NCBI RefSeq assembly: GCF_003019035.1
Contig: NZ_CP027447.1
Origin: Escherichia coli
Lineage (GTDB): Bacteria; Pseudomonadota; Gammaproteobacteria; Enterobacterales; Enterobacteriaceae
Length of the DNA: 64,000 nt
Reading direction: 5' to 3' (one strand)
Shown here: in pieces, positions 19,831 through 28,971 of the stretch
How positions within the stretch are numbered: position 1 is the first letter of the stretch
How the letters are laid out: each line of letters starts with the position of its first letter
Program-made: the position numbers and the translations under genes
The notes under the pieces: model-generated
Databases searched by the model: none
What the model was told of the DNA's origin: nothing
Seen by the model: only the letters and a program-made list of their open reading frames with translations

Positions 19831-21160
19831 TTTTTCCGCTTTCGATAACGCCCTGCGCTCGCTGGAGTCGATCCCGCTGGCCCGCGTCGCCGGGCGGCTG
19901 GTGCGCCTTAATGGCATCCTGCTGGAGAGCGTCGGCTGCCCGCTAATGACCGGGCAGCTGTGTCGCATCGAAAGCGCCAATCACACGCTGATCGACGCGC
20001 AGGCCGTGGGCTTTAATCGCGACATCACTTACTTAATGCCGTTTAAACAACCGGTCGGCCTGATGGCAGGCGCGCGCGTCTTCCCGGAAGAAAAAGCCCA
20101 CGACATCCTGATTGGCGAAAGCTGGTTAGGCCGCGTGGTTAACGGCCTCGGCGAACCGCTGGATGGCAAAGGCCGCCTGAACGGCAACGACCTTCTGTCG
20201 CCGCTGCCGCCGTCGGTTAATCCCTTAACCCGCCGTTCGGTGGACGAACCGCTGGACGTGGGCGTGAAAGCGATCAACGGCCTGCTGACCATCGGCAAAG
20301 GCCAGCGTGTCGGGCTGATGGCGGGCAGCGGCGTCGGGAAAAGCGTGCTGCTGGGGATGATCACCCGCCAGACCAAAGCCGACATTGTGGTGGTCGGGTT
20401 GATTGGCGAACGCGGGCGCGAAGTAAAAGAGTTTATCGACCACTCGCTGGGCGCGGACGGGCTGGCAAAGTCTATCGTCGTCGTCGCGCCCGCCGATGAA
20501 TCGCCGCTGATGCGCCTGAAAGCCACCGAACTGTGCCACTCCATCGCTGCCTGGTTTCGCGACCGCGGGCATCACGTTTTACTGCTGGTGGATTCCCTGA
20601 CCCGTTACGCGATGGCCCAGCGGGAAATAGCTCTCTCGCTCGGCGAACCGCCCGCCACCAAAGGCTATCCGCCGTCGGCATTCGGCATGATCCCCAAACT
20701 GGTCGAGAGCGCAGGCAACAGCGAAAGCGCGGGATCGATGACCGCCATCTACACCGTGTTGGCGGAAGGCGACGATCAGCAAGATCCGATTGTCGACTGC
20801 GCCCGTGCGGTGCTGGACGGGCATATCGTATTAACCCGCAAACTGGCGGAAGCGGGGCACTATCCGGCTATTGATATCGGCCAGTCGATCAGCCGTTGCA
20901 TGAATCAGGTGACCAGCCTGGAACATCAGCAATCCGCCCGTGCGTTAAAGCAAAACTACGCCGCGTATATGGAGATCAAACCGCTGATCCCGCTCGGCGG
21001 CTACGTGGCAGGTGCCGACGCCAGCGTCGACAAAGCGGTAAAAATGTTCCCGGCTATCGAGCGTTTTTTGCGCCAGGAGATGTGCGAACCCGCCTCCCTG
21101 GAACTGGTGCAAAGCCGCCTGCAAATTCTCTTTCCTGGCGTCAAAAAGGCAGAACAGTAA
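19823..21160 (+). CDS. lfiI: Flagellum-specific ATP synthase FliI homologue
   Basis: Walker A (GSGVGKS) and F1/T3SS ATPase core. Confidence 0.9.
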   Translation: MSDFSAFDNALRSLESIPLARVAGRLVRLNGILLESVGCPLMTGQLCRIESANHTLIDAQAVGFNRDITYLMPFKQPVGLMAGARVFPEEKAHDILIGESWLGRVVNGLGEPLDGKGRLNGNDLLSPLPPSVNPLTRRSVDEPLDVGVKAINGLLTIGKGQRVGLMAGSGVGKSVLLGMITRQTKADIVVVGLIGERGREVKEFIDHSLGADGLAKSIVVVAPADESPLMRLKATELCHSIAAWFRDRGHHVLLLVDSLTRYAMAQREIALSLGEPPATKGYPPSAFGMIPKLVESAGNSESAGSMTAIYTVLAEGDDQQDPIVDCARAVLDGHIVLTRKLAEAGHYPAIDIGQSISRCMNQVTSLEHQQSARALKQNYAAYMEIKPLIPLGGYVAGADASVDKAVKMFPAIERFLRQEMCEPASLELVQSRLQILFPGVKKAEQ

Positions 21161-21162
21161 CC

Positions 21163-21597
21163 ATGCGACAAATCATCGACACCCTGGCGCAGTTGCAGCG
21201 CCTGCGGGATAAATCGGTCAAAGACAAAACCGTCGAGCTGGCAAAGCAAAAACAGATTTGTGCGGGTTATGACAACAATATCAAAGCATTAGGCTACCTG
21301 GTGGAGAAAACATCTGCGGGCGCGGCAGCGTCGGTGGAATCGCTGAAAAACGTCAGCGGTTACAAAGGTACGCTGCGCAAGGTGATCGCCTGGCAGGAGC
21401 AGGAAAAAACGCTAGCTAGCATCAAAGCCACGCGAATGCAGAAAAACCTCACGGCGGCGGCGTGCGAAGAGAAAGTGGTGGCCCTGACGCTGGACGACAA
21501 ACGCCGCGAGCAGCAAGAAAGTGCCACGGCGAAAGCGCAAAAAGCGGTGGATGACATCGCCGTCCAGTGCTGGCTGCGGCATAAGTTAGCGGAGTAG
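21163..21597 (+). CDS. lfiJ: Flagellar export chaperone FliJ homologue
   Basis: 144-aa coiled-coil ORF following fliI; ORF-track upstream extension discarded. Confidence 0.75.
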   Translation: MRQIIDTLAQLQRLRDKSVKDKTVELAKQKQICAGYDNNIKALGYLVEKTSAGAAASVESLKNVSGYKGTLRKVIAWQEQEKTLASIKATRMQKNLTAAACEEKVVALTLDDKRREQQESATAKAQKAVDDIAVQCWLRHKLAE

Positions 21598-21599
21598 CC

Positions 21600-22004
21600 A
21601 TGAAAACGGTCATCACCTTCGGCACCTTCGATGTGTTTCATGTCGGTCATCTGCGCCTTTTACAACGCGCCCGCACGCTGGGCGAACGGCTGCTGGTCGG
21701 CGTATCGTCCGACGCCTTAAATATCGCCAAAAAGGGCAGAGCACCGGTTTACCCTCAGGATGACCGCATGGCGATTATCGCCGGGCTGGCGTGCGTGGAT
21801 GGCGTATTTCTCGAAGAATCGCTGGAGCAGAAAGCGGAGTATTTGCGCGGGTACAGTGCGGATATTTTGGTGATGGGCGATGACTGGGCAGGGAAGTTTG
21901 ATAGCTTTGCGTATATTTGTGAGGTGGTGTATTTCCCCCGTACGCCGTCGGTGTCGACGACGGGGATTATTGAGGTGATTAGGGGGAAATCAGCAACCTA
22001 CTGA
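21600..22004 (+). CDS. Glycerol-3-phosphate cytidylyltransferase (TagD-like, makes CDP-glycerol)
   Basis: N-terminal ...ITFGTFDVFHVGH... (HxGH nucleotidyltransferase motif) and ...MGDDWAGKFD...CEVVYFPRT.SVSTTGI... closely parallel Bacillus TagD as recalled. Confidence 0.8.
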   Translation: MKTVITFGTFDVFHVGHLRLLQRARTLGERLLVGVSSDALNIAKKGRAPVYPQDDRMAIIAGLACVDGVFLEESLEQKAEYLRGYSADILVMGDDWAGKFDSFAYICEVVYFPRTPSVSTTGIIEVIRGKSATY

Positions 22005-22052
22005 TTTAATTCCCGAAGTGAGAGAAGATGATGCCGTTTGGCTATGTTAAAT

Positions 22053-22155
22053 ATGTTTAAAAAATCGCGTTTTTTCGACATATCCCCAAAACATGTCGAT
22101 GGCATAAACGTATTCCAACGACATGTTTAAAAATCGCATTTTATCGACATATCCC
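22053..22155. repeat. Two imperfect 33-bp direct repeats 70 bp apart, containing a TCGACAT/ATGTCGA inverted motif
   Basis: ATGTTTAAAAAATCGCGTTTTTTCGACATATCCCC (22053-22087) and ATGTTTAAAAATCGCATTTTATCGACATATCCC (22123-22155); second copy overlaps the stop of the minus-strand transferase gene. Confidence 0.7.
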
Positions 22156-24612
22156 TGACGATTCCTTGCCCGCCAACGTCTCCACAATCACCATCGCCGC
22201 CCGTTCTCCCGCCTTGCCATCCATAAACGCATCGCAATAGTGATGACGAATCTTCGTAAGCCGCGCCTGCACCGCACCCCAGTCAAACGCCTCTGACAAC
22301 AAATAACGCAGTTCCGCAACATCATGAGCCACCGGCAATATTTCGCGGATTCGCTGGTCGGCGCTCTCCGGCGTGGAGTAGCTTTTCTCGCCGTCGAGCA
22401 ATTCACTCATGCCCGGAAAGTCGAGCAGGATCACCCGCTTATCGACATGGATAGCATCGAAAATAAAGCCGCTGTTATCGGTCAGCACGTAATCGGCCTT
22501 TGCCAGCAGCGCCAGCGTGTGGCGGGCGGAGTCGGTGCGCTGTTTTAAATGTCTGCGCGCGAGTGCCAGCGATGCAGTTTCTTCCGGGCGCGAGCAGGTG
22601 CCGTGGTGCAGTTTGCAAATCAGGTTCACATCATCGCTTAAGCGCCCCAATTTTTCTGCCCAGTGGGGCAGGGAGCTTAATGCGCCAAACGTTGGGGCGT
22701 AGAGCACCGTAGGTTTACGGGAATCGGGTTGAATATTTTCTGGCAGAATGCGGTCAAACGTGCCGTTATGCCAGGCGTCGAAGCGCGGGTTGCCGACTGC
22801 TTTTGCATTGCCGAAATGCGCCAGCGCCCGCTGGCTGTAGTGGCTGTAACACAAAATGCGCTGATAAAAACGGTTCCAGTCGGCGTGGTTCCACGTCTCT
22901 TTGGCTAAGCCGTACATGGCGCGAACGTTCACCGCTGCCAGGCCATTGAGCGCGGGCGTGTGGTAGGGGCTGACCAGGCATTTCACCCGCTGACCGTGTG
23001 CCTGCATTTCAGATAAGCGCATTCCTTTAAGCTGCGGATCGTCGATGCTTTTTAGCGTCTCCAGCATTTCATCCAGAAACGGTTTAAACACGCGGTCATT
23101 GATCACCAGTGTGCAGCTCTGCCCCTGCGCCTGTAGAGCGGTGATGATTGGGCGATACAGCGAGTAGTGGAATGAGGTTTCCATAAAAAAGCCGATGGTG
23201 TTGGCGATGGGGAATGCGGATGGTTTTGTAACTACGGGTAACTTATTGAAATAGTGACTAATGTTGTCGGTCACTTTTTTCTCGATGTCACTAAAGCCCG
23301 GTCGCTGATAACTAAGGCTCGGGTAACAGGCCAGCCATTTGTCGGCGCGCAGCAGCGGCTGCCAGCACTCTTCCAGCGAGTGCTCACCGTTGCCCATCTG
23401 CTGTGCCAGTTGCGGGTAGTAGCGGCTGTTCACCAGATAAGCACACACTTTGCGGCAGTCCCGCGCGTGCACCAGCCCCGGCAAACTTTTTAGCATCGTT
23501 CCCTGCGAAATTTCGCCGCCAAGGATCATCACCTGCCAGGGAATTTTCGCCAGGCTCGCCAGCAGCGTGTTCAGCACCTGAATATGTTTCTCCTGCTTGA
23601 GAATAACCGCGTCATCTTCCAGCAGCAGATAGTTTTGCCAGCCGTGCTGTTGCGCCAGGCGCAGCGCCTGCAAGTGCGACAGGCGGCGGCCCCGTTGACC
23701 GTTTTCATCTTCACAGGCGGCAAGGCGGGTGATTTTCTCGGGCGGAATATGCAGCAGTGCCAGTTCTTCACGGATCTGTTGTAAGCGATCCGGGCGTTTA
23801 TCCAGATTGATCAATACGACCTGATCGATCGCCTGATGGTTGATCGCCTGGTGATGAGTGGCGTTATGCAGACTCAGATAAGCATTGCGGAGCAGCGGAT
23901 CGCGGACGATATCCGTAAGCGCCGCGTTTACTGGCGTGCTGGCCCCGAGAATAAAGTCTTTATCAAAGGTGTTGTGGCTGTGCGAGATACACAAAATCGT
24001 GCGCTCGCCGGGCAGTTGTAGCGGGTTAGCGCTGAAATTGTCGGTGAAACTTTTCTCTTCGCCTAAATTGCAATCGTCATCGTAGCGGTGCTTTTTCAGG
24101 TAGTTACGGTGATAGCAAAAGGTGCCGTTGAGGATGTTATGCGGGCCGAAGCTGCGGCTTTGAAAGATGCGATTGATGTGGCTGTACCAGATGGGGATCT
24201 GGTCGGAACCGGAGATGAGCGCCCGGTTTTTTTGCATCATAGCGATGGTGTAAGAGATTTTATCTGCCGGGTAGTAGTCGTCATCGTCCATGCAGAGGAT
24301 GTATTCGCCGCGCGCCAGTTCGTTGAGCATATTGCGTTTTTTGCCCAGCGGCAGTTTTTCCGGGTGATGGATGTAGCGGATGTTGAAGGCTTCCTGTGTG
24401 CCATTGGTCAGGCGGTCGATGATGTGTTGATGGCTTTGCGGGGAATCGTCGAGGATGATGAGTTCGCGGCGGTCTGCCGGGTAGTCCTGATAGCGGTACA
24501 TATAAAGCAGGTACGGCAGGAATGCGCTGCGGTTCCAGGTTGGCGTGACGACGCTGACGAACGGTTTTTCGCGCTGGGTGGCGAGTGTTTTGATAATGGT
24601 TGGTGTTGGCAT
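22141..24612 (-). CDS. Three-domain transferase: N-terminal GT2-like, central GT25-like, C-terminal TagF/TagB-like CDP-glycerol glycerophosphotransferase domain
   Basis: GT2-like VSVVTPTWNRSAF...ILDDS...CMDDDDYY; GT25-like VVLINLDKRPDRL; TagF-like LYAPTFG and VLTDNSGFIFDAI motifs; start set at MPTPTIIK because the longer ORF runs into a repeat. Confidence 0.75.
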   Translation of the reverse strand: MPTPTIIKTLATQREKPFVSVVTPTWNRSAFLPYLLYMYRYQDYPADRRELIILDDSPQSHQHIIDRLTNGTQEAFNIRYIHHPEKLPLGKKRNMLNELARGEYILCMDDDDYYPADKISYTIAMMQKNRALISGSDQIPIWYSHINRIFQSRSFGPHNILNGTFCYHRNYLKKHRYDDDCNLGEEKSFTDNFSANPLQLPGERTILCISHSHNTFDKDFILGASTPVNAALTDIVRDPLLRNAYLSLHNATHHQAINHQAIDQVVLINLDKRPDRLQQIREELALLHIPPEKITRLAACEDENGQRGRRLSHLQALRLAQQHGWQNYLLLEDDAVILKQEKHIQVLNTLLASLAKIPWQVMILGGEISQGTMLKSLPGLVHARDCRKVCAYLVNSRYYPQLAQQMGNGEHSLEECWQPLLRADKWLACYPSLSYQRPGFSDIEKKVTDNISHYFNKLPVVTKPSAFPIANTIGFFMETSFHYSLYRPIITALQAQGQSCTLVINDRVFKPFLDEMLETLKSIDDPQLKGMRLSEMQAHGQRVKCLVSPYHTPALNGLAAVNVRAMYGLAKETWNHADWNRFYQRILCYSHYSQRALAHFGNAKAVGNPRFDAWHNGTFDRILPENIQPDSRKPTVLYAPTFGALSSLPHWAEKLGRLSDDVNLICKLHHGTCSRPEETASLALARRHLKQRTDSARHTLALLAKADYVLTDNSGFIFDAIHVDKRVILLDFPGMSELLDGEKSYSTPESADQRIREILPVAHDVAELRYLLSEAFDWGAVQARLTKIRHHYCDAFMDGKAGERAAMVIVETLAGKESSGICR

Positions 24613-24660
24613 GGTGTTTGGGTGAGTTAATGGGTGAATGTGATGAATGTGCGTGCTGAT

Positions 24661-24770
24661 GCCCTCACCCCGACCCTCTCCCACAGGGAGAGGGAGAAAA
24701 CCAGCGCCGATTTTAACACCGTGCTCGATCGGTTCCCTCGCCCCTTTGAGGAGAGGGTTAGGGGGAGGGG
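24661..24770. repeat. Two GC-rich hairpin repeat units (24661-24696 and 24735-24770) between the transferase gene and the upstream 309-aa gene
   Basis: CCCTCTCCC-ACA-GGGAGAGGG and CCCTCGCCCC-TTTG-AGGAGAGGGTTAGGGGGAGGGG; same family as 5193. Confidence 0.6.
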
Positions 24771-24790
24771 AAAAGCGCGCACAGAGCGAC

Positions 24791-25720
24791 TCACGTCAGC
24801 AGCGAAAATGCTGACAGCAGCGGCTCTGCCGCACATAACGACTGGAGCTGCTGGCGAATCGCCGCAGCATTTTCACTCTCTCGCCAGCGTTCAAACACCG
24901 CAAAAAGGGCGAAAATATCCTCCTTCCGCAGCGGTGAACCATCCAGCGTCCATAAACTGATTAACGTGCGGATGAGATAAAAATCACACACCAGCGGGCA
25001 ATAATCTGCTCCGTCTGCCTGCCCAATCACGTCGTGATAAACGCGGTAAATCAGCCAGTTGCGCATCATCCACGGCGCGGCGGCAAAATGCTGTTGCCAG
25101 GTGGTTTGCCACTGCACCTTAAGCTGCTGTTGCAACAAAGCTTCGCTGTTGGCGTCATGCAACGTCAGCAAAGTCACCTGCAACGGTAGCGAGGCTTTGC
25201 GCGGGCTTTCCGGCAAAATCGACCAGTCAAACGCAAAACTCCCGAGCAGCGTCACCAGTTGGCGCGCCAGTTGTGGCACGGGTGGGAGTTGGGCGAACTG
25301 TGCCTGTAGCGTGCCTTTTTGTGCATGATCCCCCAGCGCCTGTGGCAGCGTTGTCAAGCGGGCAAGAATATCTCCGTCTCTGCCCGGCATTTTACTGGCG
25401 CGGGAGAGCAAAATCCCGACGGCATACAGGGAAAGCTCCGGGGTTAAATCGGGGAGCGTAAGGGTACTCAAAATTATCTGGTTGACTATCGCATCGCGCG
25501 CGGATAGCTCGGCGGCATTGTCTTCCACAGGGCGGTAGGTGAGCTGTAAATCAAAGGCCCTGGCATCGTTGAGCACCGCTTTGCAACTTTCAATATCGGT
25601 CAATGCCAGGCTCTGGCGAATCTCATTCTTCCAGACCTTGCGGACGTACAAAGGCGAATCGGGATATTGCGTCATAAAATTGCGCACGTATTCCGGTTCG
25701 TAACATTCAATAAAACTCAT
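24791..25720 (-). CDS. Hypothetical protein (309 aa) in the Flag-2 variable/modification region
   Basis: Long ORF co-oriented with lfgN and the transferase gene; no motif I can assign; start chosen at the first ATG (ORF-track start is TTG). Confidence 0.6.
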   Translation of the reverse strand: MSFIECYEPEYVRNFMTQYPDSPLYVRKVWKNEIRQSLALTDIESCKAVLNDARAFDLQLTYRPVEDNAAELSARDAIVNQIILSTLTLPDLTPELSLYAVGILLSRASKMPGRDGDILARLTTLPQALGDHAQKGTLQAQFAQLPPVPQLARQLVTLLGSFAFDWSILPESPRKASLPLQVTLLTLHDANSEALLQQQLKVQWQTTWQQHFAAAPWMMRNWLIYRVYHDVIGQADGADYCPLVCDFYLIRTLISLWTLDGSPLRKEDIFALFAVFERWRESENAAAIRQQLQSLCAAEPLLSAFSLLT

Positions 25721-25847
25721 AGGTGGCTTCCAGTCTTTATTACTTTGCGGAATGTGCAATAAGCGTGCCGGGAATTTTTGTAATCAAAAACAAGGGATTG
25801 AGAATCAGGCGGAAAATCCGTTTCCGCGATGGGGGAAGGAATTGTCG

Positions 25848-26276
25848 TTATTCCTGGTACAGAAAATCTGCTTCGCCGCCTAAAAAAGACTGAATAAATT
25901 CATACTGGCGAATCAACAGCTCGCCGTTTTTGTCGTTGTAGGCTTTGCAGCGTTCCGCTTTTTGCTCAAGGCGTTGCCACAACTGTTGTGCTGCTGCTTT
26001 TTGCACAGCCGGAAGCCAGGCAAAAACCTGCGCCAGACCGTCACGATTTACACTGACATTGAGCATTTTCAGCAGGCTGTGTCGCTGATGGCTATGCCCA
26101 TGCAACTGCTCATAGTGATGTGTTATCTCGTCGTTTACCGCCAGCAGATCTTCGCTGGCGCGGCGAATCATGCAGATCCGCTGACGCTGGAGAAGTTCGC
26201 GCAGGGAATCGTACAGTGCGTCGTCGTCACGAATGCCCTGCAACAACGCCTTCACCTGTTGTAACCGGATACTCAC
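25848..26276 (-). CDS. lfgN: Flagellar export chaperone FlgN homologue
   Basis: 142-aa helical ORF downstream of the flgM homologue. Confidence 0.75.
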   Translation of the reverse strand: MSIRLQQVKALLQGIRDDDALYDSLRELLQRQRICMIRRASEDLLAVNDEITHHYEQLHGHSHQRHSLLKMLNVSVNRDGLAQVFAWLPAVQKAAAQQLWQRLEQKAERCKAYNDKNGELLIRQYEFIQSFLGGEADFLYQE

Positions 26277-26288
26277 TTCATCGGCCTC

Positions 26289-26567
26289 TTAGTTCTGGAA
26301 AAAACTCAGCATGTCGCTGGCTAACTGTTCGGTGTCCACTTGCAGGCTGCCGGACGCCAGCATCGCTTGCATTTGCGCCACTTTGTCGCTGTCGATATCG
26401 CTCTCTTGCTGGTCGTTCAGCGTTTGCTGGGCAGACTGCAATCCCGCCTGGGTAATGTCGTCGGCGCTCAGCGTCGTGGCGGTGGTCGCCGTGCTTTTGC
26501 GCGGCTGACTGGAGCCTGCCATTGTGGCTGTCGGGCGATTGCCTGGCATCGTCGGGGTGATTTTCAT
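26289..26567 (-). CDS. lfgM: Anti-sigma28 factor FlgM homologue
   Basis: 92-aa ORF with FlgM-like C-terminal helices (...KVAQMQAMLASGSLQVDTEQLASDML...). Confidence 0.8.
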   Translation of the reverse strand: MKITPTMPGNRPTATMAGSSQPRKSTATTATTLSADDITQAGLQSAQQTLNDQQESDIDSDKVAQMQAMLASGSLQVDTEQLASDMLSFFQN

Positions 26568-26647
26568 CGCAACCTCGTCTCGGTATTTGGGTGGGTTACT
26601 CCGGTAAAGCGGTTAACAGGCGGCAAAACTTTAATCGCCTGCGCAAA

Positions 26648-27406
26648 TTACTCCGCGCTTACCGTCGTCACCACGCCGCTTTCTGCCACCATTGCGCTGA
26701 TGACCCGCTGGCTGCTGGCGTTACGTACTTTCACCATCTCGCCTTTGCGGCCATTTTTCAGCGCCACGCCGGGCATCGAGGCGGTGATCCCCGCGCTCTG
26801 GTAAACAATCATCACCGGCTCATCGCGTTCGACCAGCACTGGCGAAACCAGCTCTTCTTTGGTGATTGGTCTGCCCGGTTGCAACGCGTGCTTACTGCTG
26901 AAACCAATTGCGTCATCGAGCTCCATCAGCACATCCCGCCGCTGGGCGCTGACGTTGTAGGGCTTCAGCTCCACATCATTTGCCGTGAGCGGCGTATCGC
27001 GGGCAATCAGTGACTTTGCCATCACCACCGGCACCAGAACATCCGGGCGCACCGCGACGTTCATCTGCCAGCTTTGCGGGCAACTGACGGTGAAGTTCAT
27101 CCGGTTAAGGGCGATTTCCGCAGGCGACGTCAGCGTGACGCCGGGTGACGTTGTACAGGGCGCGGCGGTCGCAATCTGCGACGGAATATAGACCTTAAAG
27201 GTGTAGCGATAGTCATGCCATTGCCGCTGCTGCGCCAGCGATTCAATTTTTTGGCTCGCGGCATTCAGTACCTGGGCGTTGATTTGTTCCCGCGCGCTAT
27301 GTTGCACGGGATGGACGGCGGCGTAGCCCGGTAAGGCCAGCGCCAGGAGGAAATAAAACTTCCGCCTGCAAAATTGAAAACTCATAAACCCTTTCTCATC
27401 AGTCAC
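26648..27406 (-). CDS. lfgA: Flagellar P-ring assembly chaperone FlgA homologue
   Basis: 252-aa ORF with signal peptide, divergent from the flgB operon. Confidence 0.8.
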   Translation of the reverse strand: MTDEKGFMSFQFCRRKFYFLLALALPGYAAVHPVQHSAREQINAQVLNAASQKIESLAQQRQWHDYRYTFKVYIPSQIATAAPCTTSPGVTLTSPAEIALNRMNFTVSCPQSWQMNVAVRPDVLVPVVMAKSLIARDTPLTANDVELKPYNVSAQRRDVLMELDDAIGFSSKHALQPGRPITKEELVSPVLVERDEPVMIVYQSAGITASMPGVALKNGRKGEMVKVRNASSQRVISAMVAESGVVTTVSAE

Positions 27407-27414
27407 TTAAAAAT

Positions 27415-27430
27415 TGGCACAGCGATTGCA
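27415..27430 (+). promoter_or_regulatory. Sigma54 (-24/-12) promoter upstream of lfgB
   Basis: TGGCAC-AGCGA-TTGCA, exact match to TGGCAC-N5-TTGCW. Confidence 0.7.
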
Positions 27431-27466
27431 TAGCGTATGCGGATTGAAGCAGGAGTGACGCAGGAA

Positions 27467-27802
27467 ATGGGGATCAGTTTTCAGCAGGCATTGGGAGTAC
27501 ATCCGCAGGCAGTGAAGTTACGTCTTGAGAGGACCGAGCTACTGACTGCGAATCTGGCGAATGTCGATACGCCAAATTTCAAGGCTAAAGATATTGATTT
27601 TGCCAGGGAGATGCAACGGGCAAATAACGCGGCGGTGGATGTCCAGTACCGCGTGCCGATGCAGCCGTCAGAAGATGGCAACACCGTGGAACTGAACAGC
27701 GAACAGGCACGGTTTTCACAAAATAGTATGGATTATCAAAGCAGTCTGACCTTTCTGAATCTGCAAATCAGCGGCATCAGAGAGGCCATTGAAGGGAAAT
27801 AA
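27467..27802 (+). CDS. lfgB: Flagellar basal-body rod protein FlgB homologue
   Basis: ...LLTANLANVDTPNFKAKDIDF... rod-protein N-terminal motif; start set downstream of the predicted sigma54 transcription start (ORF track 27437). Confidence 0.8.
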   Translation: MGISFQQALGVHPQAVKLRLERTELLTANLANVDTPNFKAKDIDFAREMQRANNAAVDVQYRVPMQPSEDGNTVELNSEQARFSQNSMDYQSSLTFLNLQISGIREAIEGK

Positions 27803-27804
27803 GC

Positions 27805-28236
27805 ATGTCATTTACTGATATCTATCAGATTTCCGGCTCGGCGATGACGGCGCAAACGCTACGTCTGAATACCGTCGCCAGTAACCTGGCGAATGCTAAT
27901 GCACCTGCCGGCAGCGAGGCGCAGGCGTATAAAGCGCGCAGCCCGGTGTTTGCGGCGGTGTATCACCACAGCTTGCTGGTGGGTACACATCGTCATGCCA
28001 TTGATGGTGCCAGCGTGCAGGTGCAGGACGTGCTGCAAACCGGCGGGGCGGTGAAACGCTATGAACCGCATTCGCCGCTGGCGGATGCTAACGGGGATGT
28101 CTGGTATCCCGACGTCAACGTGGTGGAACAGATGGCGGACATGATGTCGGCCTCGCGCGATTTTGAAACCAATGTCGATGTGCTCAACAACGTGAAAAGT
28201 ATGCAGCAAAGCCTGCTGAAACTGGGAGAAGCCTGA
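27805..28236 (+). CDS. lfgC: Flagellar basal-body rod protein FlgC homologue (uninterrupted)
   Basis: 143-aa ORF with rod-protein N-terminal (...ASNLANANA...) and C-terminal motifs. Confidence 0.85.
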   Translation: MSFTDIYQISGSAMTAQTLRLNTVASNLANANAPAGSEAQAYKARSPVFAAVYHHSLLVGTHRHAIDGASVQVQDVLQTGGAVKRYEPHSPLADANGDVWYPDVNVVEQMADMMSASRDFETNVDVLNNVKSMQQSLLKLGEA

Positions 28237-28949
28237 TGAATACCCTGGCGCTGAATGCGCAATCGCCGCAGCCGACCGCCACGGCGGAAAGCAACAACGT
28301 GGCGGCCAGCGACACGCAAAGTAGCAGCGATAGCTCGCCCGTCGATACCTTCCTGACGCTGTTTGTCGCTGAGATCCAAAACCAGGACCCGACCGACCCG
28401 ACCGACGCCACCGAATATATCGACCAGCTTTCGTCAATGGCGCAGGTGGCGATGATGGAAGAGATGAGCGTGCAGGCGAATACCAACGCGGTGTTGATGA
28501 GCAACATTCAGGTGATGGCGCTCGGCAACCTGGTGGGCGACGACATTATGGTGCAGACCACCGCCTTGCAGGTGAGTGACCAGACCATTAACGGTCGCGC
28601 CACGCTTGACGACGCCTGTACCACCGCCGATCTCCACTTTACCGATGCCGCAGGCGATGACTATACGGTGTCGCTGATCCCGGAAGGGAGTTCGTCCGTC
28701 GGGCCAGGCCAGGTGGATTTCTCGGTGAATCCCGCGGATTACGGTATCCCGCCGGGTGATTACGACGTCTCGGTGGTCACCAACACCGGGGAAGAAGAGG
28801 TGCCGATTGAAGTCTCCGGCGAAGTGGAAGATGTGCGCATCCCGCTCGACGGCAGCTCTCCGGTGCTCAATGTTGCAGGTGTAGGCGAAGTGCCGTTCAC
28901 CATGATTAGCCAGTTTGGCGTACCCGATGCCGACAGTGATGTGGCGTAA
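28236..28949 (+). CDS. lfgD: Flagellar hook cap/assembly protein FlgD homologue
   Basis: 237-aa ORF between the flgC and flgE homologues. Confidence 0.8.
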   Translation: MNTLALNAQSPQPTATAESNNVAASDTQSSSDSSPVDTFLTLFVAEIQNQDPTDPTDATEYIDQLSSMAQVAMMEEMSVQANTNAVLMSNIQVMALGNLVGDDIMVQTTALQVSDQTINGRATLDDACTTADLHFTDAAGDDYTVSLIPEGSSSVGPGQVDFSVNPADYGIPPGDYDVSVVTNTGEEEVPIEVSGEVEDVRIPLDGSSPVLNVAGVGEVPFTMISQFGVPDADSDVA

Positions 28950-28971
28950 GAACAATTAACAGGAAGAAACA

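Noticed and set aside
24627-24960. Small ORFs (69 and 108 aa) spanning the GC-rich repeat cluster upstream of the transferase gene
   Set aside because: Reading frames created by the palindromic repeats; the same applies to the ORFs at 33746-34133
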